A stretch of 32,000 bases of DNA from a bacterium. Its GTDB lineage: Bacteria; UBP7; UBA6624. Made by a program: the position numbers and the translations under genes. Below the pieces are notes generated by a model. The model did not search any database. It saw only the letters and a list, made by a program, of their open reading frames with translations, and was not told where the DNA came from. Location: positions 1-32,000 of the forward strand of contig PBAU01000002.1 of NCBI GenBank assembly GCA_002716355.1, written 5' to 3'. Positions 1 through 7,524 of the stretch are shown piece by piece (positions within the stretch are counted from its first letter, which is position 1; the number at the start of each line of letters is the position of its first letter).

Positions 1-79
1 CTCCTCTGCCGCTGGGGCCTCCTCTGCCGCTGGGGCCTCCTCTGCCGCTGGGGCCTCCTCTGCCGCTGGGGCCTCCTCT
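1..79. repeat. Perfect 18-bp tandem repeat (CTCCTCTGCCGCTGGGGC x4 plus a 7-nt partial copy); in-frame coding repeat (EEAPAA)n on the minus strand
   Basis: Read directly: units at 1-18, 19-36, 37-54 and 55-72 are identical, and 73-79 is partial. There are no spacers, so this is not CRISPR. The array reaches the window edge, so copy number is a minimum. Confidence 0.95.
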
Positions 80-411
80 AACTTAACCTCTTCGATTATC
101 TCTTGAGGTGGCGCAACCTTCTTTTTTGGAACCCTTAACTCTTCTGCTTGTAGCAAAATGTCTGAAGTGTTTGCTGCTTTGTATCTGTTTATTAGCTTCC
201 TTGCCCTTTCTGTTGGTTGTGCACCTTTTGAAACCCATTCATCGTATTTGACTAAATCAACCTTTAGGGGACTACCTGGAAAACTGATTCCATATTGTCC
301 AATTACCTCTAGAGCTTTATTTGCTTTTGCGGATCTTGCTTTAGTCACTACGATACGATAGGCTGGCTGTTTTTTCCTTCCAACCCTAGCTAATCTAATT
401 TTTAATTCCAT
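1..411 (-). CDS. rpsP: 30S ribosomal protein S16 with a long C-terminal low-complexity extension (partial; the 3' end runs off the window)
   Basis: Manual minus-strand translation from the ATG at 411-409 gives MELKIRLARVGRKKQPAYRIVVTKARSAKANKALEVIGQYGISFPGSPLKVDLVKYDEWVSKGAQPTERARKLINRY..., a canonical S16 N-terminus and core. It continues ...KKKVAPPQEIIEEVKLEEAPAA(EEAPAA)n with no stop before position 1. It is absent from the ORF track because no stop lies in the window. Confidence 0.9.
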   Translation of the reverse strand, partial: MELKIRLARVGRKKQPAYRIVVTKARSAKANKALEVIGQYGISFPGSPLKVDLVKYDEWVSKGAQPTERARKLINRYKAANTSDILLQAEELRVPKKKVAPPQEIIEEVKLEEAPAAEEAPAAEEAPAAEEAPAAEE

Positions 412-761
412 TATCTTCCTCCAGCATTCGATTTCATTGACTTGAACATTTCGAATATTGCTTTTAATTCTCTATCTTTTAAACCATTTGGTTTTGCGAT
501 CTCCTTTATCCTGTCTTTCGAGACTTTGCCCGTTCTTCTTTCCTCATCTGTCAATGCCTCTAATGCAGATTCAAAAGACTTAAGTTTTTTTGCATCAAGT
601 GCACCTGCAGGCAAGTTTTTCATCATTGGAAGCTTTTTCACCATGTTCATGCCCATTGGGCCCAATTTTCTTAAAGTCTTCAAGGCCTTTAAAACGTCAT
701 CCAATGTTGCCTTCTGCAACACAGAAGGGTCGACTTTCGGCATATTTTTTCTTCCAAACAT
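411..761 (-). CDS. SRP54/Ffh M-domain-like protein (116 aa) with no NG GTPase domain
   Basis: TLDDVLKALKTLRKLGPMGMNMVKKLPMMKNLP...LKSFESALEALTDEERR...SKDRIKEIAKPNGLKDRELKAIFEMFKSMKS is collinear with the E. coli Ffh M domain (FDLNDFLEQLRQMKNMGG...KLPGMGQ...MEAIINSMTMKER...SRKRRIAAGSGMQVQDVNRLLKQFDDMQRMMKKM). An in-frame stop lies 13 codons upstream of the ATG. The TAA stop overlaps the rpsP ATG (TAATG), matching the usual ffh-rpsP gene order. Confidence 0.7.
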   Translation of the reverse strand: MFGRKNMPKVDPSVLQKATLDDVLKALKTLRKLGPMGMNMVKKLPMMKNLPAGALDAKKLKSFESALEALTDEERRTGKVSKDRIKEIAKPNGLKDRELKAIFEMFKSMKSNAGGR

Positions 762-866
762 AACAATATAAAAAGTGCAATAAGGGTAACAATTGTATCA
801 TCTATCAGGAAAATATGTATTTTCTAAAAAAAATTGAATATAGATACGTTTATTTTTTTTGGAAAC

Positions 867-1739
867 TTATTTTTTATAGTTGTAAAAACCCTCTCCACTT
901 TTTCGTCCTAATTTTCCCTCTTCAACCAACCTGTCTAAAAGTTTACTTGGTGCAAAAAGATCCTCATCAGGATATGCTTCATGCCAGCCATCAAGGATAA
1001 ATTTGGTTGTATCCAAGCCAACATAATCCAACAATCCCATCGGCCCCATAGGGTAACCGCAACCGAGCTTCATCGCTGCATCTATATCTTCAGCAGACGC
1101 ATCCCCCCTTTCCAGCATCCTTACAGCTTCAATAAGGTAAGGAACAAGTAGTCTATTGACAACAAAACCAGGGGTATCTTTGCATGAAACAGTTTTCTTA
1201 CCTACAGCCTCACCAAAAGTCATTAGTGCAGCATGTGTATTATCGCTTGTGTCATCTGACTTGATAACCTCAACCAGCCTCATCACTGGTACTGGATTGA
1301 AAAAATGGAGCCCTCCAATCTTGTCACTTCGACCTGTAACCTTGGCCAAATCTCTAATCGGCAATGAGGATGTGTTTGATGCAAAGATTGCATGCGAAGG
1401 GCAATTTTCATCAAGAAATTTAAAAAGTTCTTGCTTTAAATCTATGTTTTCTGTAATCGCCTCTACAACAAGATCAGCGCCTTCCGCTCCCTCTTTCCTG
1501 CTTGTTGTTGCCTTGATTCTTCCAAAAACAGTTTCGAATTCAGCATCAGCATCATCTTTATTTTCATGTTTTTTCCTGAGTACTCTTTTGAGACTTGCTG
1601 AAATCCTTTTCATTCCACCATCAATAAAATCCTGCTCTACATCAACCATTGTCACGTTGTATCCAGCATGGGCTGAGACCTGTACGATACCCGCTCCCAT
1701 TAAACCACTACCAAAAACAGTTACATTTTTTATTTCCAT
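867..1739 (-). CDS. hbd: 3-hydroxybutyryl-CoA / 3-hydroxyacyl-CoA dehydrogenase (NAD-binding)
   Basis: N-terminal Rossmann motif VFGSGLMGAGIVQV. Typical 3HCDH core ASNTSSLPI...GLHFFNPVPVMRLVEVI...PGFVVNRLLVPYL and C-terminal GRKSGEGFY. GGAGGA Shine-Dalgarno (complement of 1749-1754) lies 9 nt upstream of the ATG. Confidence 0.9.
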   Translation of the reverse strand: MEIKNVTVFGSGLMGAGIVQVSAHAGYNVTMVDVEQDFIDGGMKRISASLKRVLRKKHENKDDADAEFETVFGRIKATTSRKEGAEGADLVVEAITENIDLKQELFKFLDENCPSHAIFASNTSSLPIRDLAKVTGRSDKIGGLHFFNPVPVMRLVEVIKSDDTSDNTHAALMTFGEAVGKKTVSCKDTPGFVVNRLLVPYLIEAVRMLERGDASAEDIDAAMKLGCGYPMGPMGLLDYVGLDTTKFILDGWHEAYPDEDLFAPSKLLDRLVEEGKLGRKSGEGFYNYKK

Positions 1740-1784
1740 ATCAAAAAATCCTCCATTGTTAAAAAACTATTATGATTCTAAAAA

Positions 1785-2861
1785 ATGGAAGTCGGTTTTT
1801 TAACAGAAAGAATGCTACCAGGCCTTGGTGTTGATAGATTAGTGTATGAATATTCAAAAAATTTGAAAAAATTTGAAAATAATTCATTTATTCATGCTTC
1901 AATCACAGATCCTGATCTTGTTCCAGAAAACATAAAAGTCAAAACGCTTCCACCAATAAGGTCAAGAAAACCGCCTATTCAGGACCTTTGGGCTATAGAG
2001 AACATGCCTTCATTGAGTGCTAAAAAAGAAGTCAAATGGATACTTTCTACTCCACCTTATTTTGCTTTAAGTCCATTTTTGCATGATTCAACAATACTGC
2101 ATGGTGGCACTACCCCGTATCAAGGCTTGAATTTTAAAGGCAAGGCTATTTATTATTGGCGGGAAATAACTCAAAATATGCTTTATTACCCCTGTGCAAC
2201 ACGAATCGTATCATTATCTCACTTTTTAACAAACGGCTTGCCAAAACCACTTCAAGATAAATCTGAAATCATTAATCCGGGATGGGATCACTATCCTAAA
2301 AAAAATGATCAAAATACTGCTGCTTTAAAAAACAAGCTGGGTCAAAAACATGCTGCAACCATTCTTTATATGGGAAGACTAAATGCACAATATCAACCCT
2401 ATAAAGGCCTATTGAATCTTGTAAAAATGACAAAAGAAATGTCCTCTGTTGAATTAATCTGTTCGGGATATGGTGATCATAATGATGTTGCAAACCTTGA
2501 AAATCTAGGAGTGAAGGTTTTTCAAAACCACCCAAGCAACCAAATGGGTGATTTGATTGGGGCTGTTGATTTTGTTGTGATGGGAAGCGAATGGGAGGGT
2601 TACGGCCTGCCTGCTGCTGAAGCACAGTATCAAGGCACTCCTGTAATAGCTCTTGATCGAGGGGCCTTGAATGAAGTCATTGAAAACAACAAAACTGGCT
2701 TTCTTGTTGATAATTTTAAAGAAATGAAAAAACAAATAAATCGACTGCTTGAGAACAAAAACCTTTACCAGGAAGTTTCCGAAGCAGGAATTGAGCGATC
2801 TCGTAATTTCACTTGGGAGAAATCCACTAGACAGCTTGAAGATTTTTTAAAATCAAGATAA
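1785..2861 (+). CDS. Glycosyltransferase, GT4 family (Glycos_transf_1 type)
   Basis: C-terminal GT-B motif SEWEGYGLPAAEAQYQGTPVIALDRGALNEVIENNKTGFLVD (E-x7-E signature). Confidence 0.8.
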   Translation: MEVGFLTERMLPGLGVDRLVYEYSKNLKKFENNSFIHASITDPDLVPENIKVKTLPPIRSRKPPIQDLWAIENMPSLSAKKEVKWILSTPPYFALSPFLHDSTILHGGTTPYQGLNFKGKAIYYWREITQNMLYYPCATRIVSLSHFLTNGLPKPLQDKSEIINPGWDHYPKKNDQNTAALKNKLGQKHAATILYMGRLNAQYQPYKGLLNLVKMTKEMSSVELICSGYGDHNDVANLENLGVKVFQNHPSNQMGDLIGAVDFVVMGSEWEGYGLPAAEAQYQGTPVIALDRGALNEVIENNKTGFLVDNFKEMKKQINRLLENKNLYQEVSEAGIERSRNFTWEKSTRQLEDFLKSR

Positions 2862-4376
2862 TTTGGCTTCTTCACCAAACCTGTTAAGAAGCAACCACAT
2901 TGACAAAATAGCCAAAAACAATGAAACCCAGGGGGAGAGGCCTAAGGCTACAGGGAGATAGCCAAAAATAATAGCTATTACTGCTACAAAAACTGCATAT
3001 GGCATTTGTGTTTTAACATGCTCTATGTGGTCACTACCTGCAGCAGTAGAAGAAAGAATTGTGGTGTCGGATATAGGGGAGCAATGATCACCCCACACAC
3101 TGCCAGCCAAAACAGCTGATACAGCACACAAAAATATTGGGCTAGATGGAGAAAAGCCATTACTGGCATCCAACAAACTCACAGAGAGAGGAATAACTAT
3201 TGGCATCAATATACCCATCGTGCCAAAAGATGTTCCTGTTGAAAAGGATACTGCGGCAGCAAGAATGAAAATGACCATTGGCAAAATAGCAATATGCATG
3301 CTGCTATCAATTTGGCTGATCAGATAACCAGCTGTTCCCAATTGATCACAAACGTCTTTTAAGCTCCATGCTAAAACGAGAATGCAACAAGCATGCAGCA
3401 TTGACTTCAATCCCTTTATCCAAAAATCCATAATTTTAGACATGCTAAAAGCAGACTTGCAAGCTGCCATGATGATCGCAACAAAAGATCCTGCTATAGA
3501 GGCCCAGAGCAAAGCTGCAAATGGATCTCCTTGAGACAAGATGCTTGCTACGCTTTGTTCAGAATCTGACAAGCCGGTCTTCCATAAACCCCAAAGGGTT
3601 ACAAAGACAATGGTGATTATCGGCACGAAAGCTAACCAGCCGCCTTTGTTATCGGCTCCGTTATTGGTTGTTACTTTTTCAATCCTTGTATTTAAAGCTC
3701 TTTTTTCAGCTTTAAGCATCGGGCCATAATCTAAACCTGTTTTTGCAATAAAAAAAACAAAAACCAAAGCCAATATTGGATAAAACCTATAAGGCAGAGA
3801 CTCAATGAAGAGAGAATACCCATTAGCCTGAATGCCTAAAGTGTCGATTGAATCCTGTATCAAACCCACCTCAAAACCTATCCATGAAGAAATCAAAGCT
3901 ATCGATGCAATTGGTGCAGAGGTCGAATCAACAATGTAAGCTAACTTTTCTCTTGAAATCTTATATTGATCTGAGATTCCACGCATTGTTGTGCCAACCA
4001 GGAGAGCATTAGCATAATCATCAAAAAAAACCACCATCCCGGCGAGCCATGTTTTTATCTGTATAGAGGATTTTGTTTGTTTGTGTTTTGTAATTGAATT
4101 AATTAACATTTGTGCAAAACCAGCATTGACAATAATTGAAACAACCCCTCCCAAAAACATTGTGAAAAGCAAAACCTTAACATTGTCATTATTACTTAAT
4201 GTTGGCACAATAAAATCATCAAAAGACTCAAACAAAGAAGTAAAACGTAAGCCATTGACAATGACTGAACCTAAAAAAACTCCTGCTAGAAGTGATAGAA
4301 GAACGCGTTTTGAAAAAATGGCTAGAAGTATTGCAATTATCGGTGGTAAAAGTGATAAAAAATTATTTTCCATCAT
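2853..4376 (-). CDS. Na+/H+ antiporter, NhaC family (polytopic membrane transporter)
   Basis: 507 aa with many hydrophobic segments. The motif FDDYANALLVGTTMRGISDQYKISREKLAYIVDSTSAPIASI is characteristic of NhaC-type antiporters. Confidence 0.7.
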   Translation of the reverse strand: MMENNFLSLLPPIIAILLAIFSKRVLLSLLAGVFLGSVIVNGLRFTSLFESFDDFIVPTLSNNDNVKVLLFTMFLGGVVSIIVNAGFAQMLINSITKHKQTKSSIQIKTWLAGMVVFFDDYANALLVGTTMRGISDQYKISREKLAYIVDSTSAPIASIALISSWIGFEVGLIQDSIDTLGIQANGYSLFIESLPYRFYPILALVFVFFIAKTGLDYGPMLKAEKRALNTRIEKVTTNNGADNKGGWLAFVPIITIVFVTLWGLWKTGLSDSEQSVASILSQGDPFAALLWASIAGSFVAIIMAACKSAFSMSKIMDFWIKGLKSMLHACCILVLAWSLKDVCDQLGTAGYLISQIDSSMHIAILPMVIFILAAAVSFSTGTSFGTMGILMPIVIPLSVSLLDASNGFSPSSPIFLCAVSAVLAGSVWGDHCSPISDTTILSSTAAGSDHIEHVKTQMPYAVFVAVIAIIFGYLPVALGLSPWVSLFLAILSMWLLLNRFGEEAKLS

Positions 4377-7044
4377 GCTTTAAAACAGCCTGTGCCGCAG
4401 CCAGTCTGGCAATTGGCACTCTGAACGGACTACAGGAAACATAATCAAGGCCTGTTTGATGAAAAAACATTATTGATTTGGGATCACCACCATGCTCTCC
4501 ACACACGCCCAACTTTAAATCATTTTTAGAGTTTCTTCCCTTGCTTGAAGCCATAGAAACAAGTTCTCCAACACCATTAATATCCAAAGATGCAAAAGGG
4601 TCCTCATGTAATATTCCGCTTTCTATGTAATCAGGCAGGAATGAACTAGCATCATCCCTGGACAAACCAAAGGTTGTTTGTGTTAGGTCATTTGTGCCAA
4701 ATGAAAAAAAGTCAGCATGTTTAGCAATTTCACCGGCTGTCAATGCTGCTCTTGGTAACTCAATCATTGTGCCTATTTGGTAAGTTCCCTTAAAGGATGC
4801 TTCTTTAGCTGCATTAGATATAACTCTCTTCTGTCTCTTCAGTTCCTCCATGTGCCCAACAAGAGGAACCATGATTTCAGGATGTACATCATTAACCTTG
4901 CCTGCTGCTAAAAATAAAGCTTTTGCTTGCATCTCCGTTATCTCTGGATAAGCAAGTCCCAGCCTGCAGCCCCTATGTCCAAGCATTGGATTTGCTTCAC
5001 TCAGGTCTGCAATTCTTCTCTTAATTTCATTGACAGAAACCTTCATGATTTTTGCCATTTTCTTTGTGCCGGATACATCATGTGGTAAAAATTCATGGAG
5101 AGGTGGATCCAGCAAACGGATAGTTACCGGCTTGCCTTTCATTACTCTGAAAATTTGTTCAAAATCATTTTGCTGTAAAGGTAAGAGCCTGTCTAAAGCA
5201 TGCTGTCTAATCTTCTTGTTTTCTGCAAGGATCATCTCTCTAACTATATCAATCCTTTCTCCTTCAAAAAACATATGTTCTGTTCTACAAAGCCCAATGC
5301 CTTCAGCTCCAAAAGCTATTGCTTTTCTAGCCTGATCAGGTTGATCTACATTTGTTCTAATCTTTAGCTTTCTAATGTCATCTGCCCAATCCATAATTAA
5401 AGAATAATTTTGATAAACTTGTGAATCCTCTGGATTCAAATAACCATCTAATAAAACATTTAAAATCTCAGAGGACCTTGTTGGAAGTTCACCATCAATA
5501 ATCTGTCCGGTAGTGCCATCAAGTGAAATAAAATTTCCTTCACGTAAGATTCTTTCATTAAAAATAAGATTTTTTTCTACAACGTCTATACGGGCATTTT
5601 GACATCCAACTACACAAACCTTGCCCATTTGCCTACCTACCAAAGCAGCATGGCTGGTCATGCCTCCTCTTGAGGTTAATATACCTCTTGCAGCAGCCAT
5701 GCCTCTGATGTCTTCAGGGCTTGTTTCAGGCCTGACTAATATCACAGGCTCTCCACGACTTGCAAAATCCTCAGCTGCTTGGGCAGAAAAAACAATACGT
5801 CCAGTAGCGGCCCCTGGTCCTGCTGGGAGCCCTCGTCCCAAAAGCCTTCCGCCCCTTATGGCATTTTGTTTCTCATTAGGGTCAAAAAGTGGTTGAAGGA
5901 GGTGCCCTAAATGCTCTGGATCTATAGATAAAAGTGCATTTTCTTTTGACATTATTCCTTCATTCACTAGATCTACAGCAATTTGGACAGCTGCAAAGCC
6001 AGTTCTTTTACCCGTTCTGCACTGAAGCATCCATAATTTTTTATCCTGAATCGTAAATTCAAGATCCTGCATCTCTTTATAATGCTGTTCTAAACTTGAA
6101 CAGACATTGAGAAGATCAGAATATGCTTTAGAAAAAAAATTTTTCATTTTTTCTATTGGCAATGGGGTTCTTATTCCAGCAACCACATCTTCACCTTGAG
6201 CATTTACTAAAAATTCACCATAAACATTCGCTTTACCGGTGGCAGGATTTCTAGTAAAAGCAACCCCTGTTCCAGAATCATCATTCAGGTTGCCAAAAAC
6301 CATTGCCTGAACATTAACGGCGGTTCCCATTTCATACTTGATACCATTCAATCTTCGGTAAACAATAGCTCTTTCATTTTCCCAACTTTTAAAAACCGCA
6401 CTAATTGCTCCCCACAACTGCTCGTATGGTGCATCAGGTATAGGCCTATTGTGCTCATTGGCAATCTTTTTATACTGGAAGCAGATATCCTTAAGATCAT
6501 CAGCATTAAGCTCTGTGTCCTCCTTTACCTGCTTGTCATGCTTATAAGAGTCAAAATAATCATTAAACGGATCTCGTCCATTTTCATCTCTGATATTTAA
6601 AACAACATCGCCATACATCTGTAAAAATCGCCTATAAGCATCCCATGGAAATCGCTGATTTTCGATTTTGCTTGCCATCTCCTCAACGATTTCCTGGTTT
6701 AATCCAAGGTTGAGAATTGTGTCCATCATCCCGGGCATAGAGACTGGAGCGCCACTTCTGACGGAAATCAAAAGAGGATTTTTTTTATCCCCAAAAGATC
6801 TAGAAACCTCTGTTTCAATATTGATTACAGCCTTCTCAACTTCTGCTTTTAATTCCTGTGGGTACTGATTATTTTTTAAATACTCCAAGCAAACTGTTGT
6901 CGGTATGGTGAATCCTGGCGGAACCGGGAAACCCATGCTTGCCATTTCAGCAAGATTCGCCCCCTTGCCGCCTAGCAAGCTTTTTTTAAAAGGTCCTTTT
7001 TCACCTATGGAGCCAAAAAAATGAACATTTTTCATTTTTTTCAT
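4363..7044 (-). CDS. ppdK: Pyruvate, phosphate dikinase
   Basis: 893 aa. N-terminal ATG-grasp region LLGGKGANLAEMASMGFPVPPGFTI, phospho-histidine swivel motif GGMTSHAALVGRQMGK, and PEP/pyruvate domain FFSFGTNDLTQ and GVCGEHGGDP. Confidence 0.95.
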   Translation of the reverse strand: MKKMKNVHFFGSIGEKGPFKKSLLGGKGANLAEMASMGFPVPPGFTIPTTVCLEYLKNNQYPQELKAEVEKAVINIETEVSRSFGDKKNPLLISVRSGAPVSMPGMMDTILNLGLNQEIVEEMASKIENQRFPWDAYRRFLQMYGDVVLNIRDENGRDPFNDYFDSYKHDKQVKEDTELNADDLKDICFQYKKIANEHNRPIPDAPYEQLWGAISAVFKSWENERAIVYRRLNGIKYEMGTAVNVQAMVFGNLNDDSGTGVAFTRNPATGKANVYGEFLVNAQGEDVVAGIRTPLPIEKMKNFFSKAYSDLLNVCSSLEQHYKEMQDLEFTIQDKKLWMLQCRTGKRTGFAAVQIAVDLVNEGIMSKENALLSIDPEHLGHLLQPLFDPNEKQNAIRGGRLLGRGLPAGPGAATGRIVFSAQAAEDFASRGEPVILVRPETSPEDIRGMAAARGILTSRGGMTSHAALVGRQMGKVCVVGCQNARIDVVEKNLIFNERILREGNFISLDGTTGQIIDGELPTRSSEILNVLLDGYLNPEDSQVYQNYSLIMDWADDIRKLKIRTNVDQPDQARKAIAFGAEGIGLCRTEHMFFEGERIDIVREMILAENKKIRQHALDRLLPLQQNDFEQIFRVMKGKPVTIRLLDPPLHEFLPHDVSGTKKMAKIMKVSVNEIKRRIADLSEANPMLGHRGCRLGLAYPEITEMQAKALFLAAGKVNDVHPEIMVPLVGHMEELKRQKRVISNAAKEASFKGTYQIGTMIELPRAALTAGEIAKHADFFSFGTNDLTQTTFGLSRDDASSFLPDYIESGILHEDPFASLDINGVGELVSMASSKGRNSKNDLKLGVCGEHGGDPKSIMFFHQTGLDYVSCSPFRVPIARLAAAQAVLKHDGK

Positions 7045-7050
7045 TCTAAA

Positions 7051-7512
7051 TTAGAAGCCTTTCTTTAAAGTTATCACAACCGTTTTTCCAGCCGATTTGA
7101 AGTGAGAAAATTTAAATTTGCTTTTTTTAAAAAAATTTAAACATTTTTCATAGTCAACAATAATCAAATAACCATTATTTTTTAAAATCCTCATGGCTTC
7201 TTGAAGGAGTATTTTTTTATTATCAACATGAGAAAAAATCCTGGAAGCGTAAACGAGAGCGCATGAATCGTTCTTGATTCCAAGTTGGCAAACATCGTTT
7301 AGCAGGAAGGTTGATTTAAACCCTCTCAATTTCTCCCTGGTGGCCTCGATAGCGCCCTGCCTATGATCAACACATATCAAATCTCTTTTTGTGTGTGTGG
7401 CTAATAATCTTGTATTAACGCCATCTCCACAGCCAAGGTCTACGATTGGACCATCTGGAAGATCGGGTGGGATTAAGTTATGTGAAAAATTCAATTTTTC
7501 CATGATCCACAA
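7051..7512 (-). CDS. Small class I SAM-dependent methyltransferase
   Basis: Motif I VDLGCGDGVNTRLLA, followed by LICVDHRQGAIE and a post-motif LKNNGYLIIVDY. It is only 153 aa and the substrate is unknown. Confidence 0.65.
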   Translation of the reverse strand: MWIMEKLNFSHNLIPPDLPDGPIVDLGCGDGVNTRLLATHTKRDLICVDHRQGAIEATREKLRGFKSTFLLNDVCQLGIKNDSCALVYASRIFSHVDNKKILLQEAMRILKNNGYLIIVDYEKCLNFFKKSKFKFSHFKSAGKTVVITLKKGF

Positions 7513-7524
7513 ACCAACCTTTTA

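Noticed and set aside
1-79. Possible CRISPR array or other non-coding repeat at the window start
   Set aside because: The units are directly abutting 18-mers with no spacers. They are in frame with the rpsP ORF on the minus strand, so this is a coding tandem repeat.
158-361. 67-aa plus-strand ORF from the track
   Set aside because: It lies entirely antisense to the clearly recognisable S16 coding sequence, and its low-complexity translation has no motifs.
442-771. 109-aa plus-strand ORF antisense to the Ffh M-domain ORF
   Set aside because: The minus-strand frame has a convincing family match, while this one is a hydrophobic, Phe/Ser-rich shadow ORF typical of AT-rich DNA.
762-866. Remnant of the ffh NG domain, or a small ncRNA such as SRP RNA, in the largest internal intergenic gap
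   Set aside because: The 105 bp are very AT-rich, with stops in the ffh frame and no GC-rich helix potential. It more likely holds the promoter for the ffh-like/rpsP unit.
1156-1803. 215-aa plus-strand ORF
   Set aside because: It is antisense to the well-supported 3-hydroxybutyryl-CoA dehydrogenase gene, its Ser/Leu-rich translation has no motifs, and it would overlap the GT4 start.
5030-5896. Plus-strand ORFs (101 aa and 91 aa) inside ppdK, and similar short antisense ORFs inside other large genes across the window
   Set aside because: All lie opposite strongly supported conserved genes and have low-complexity translations, so I treat them as shadow ORFs.
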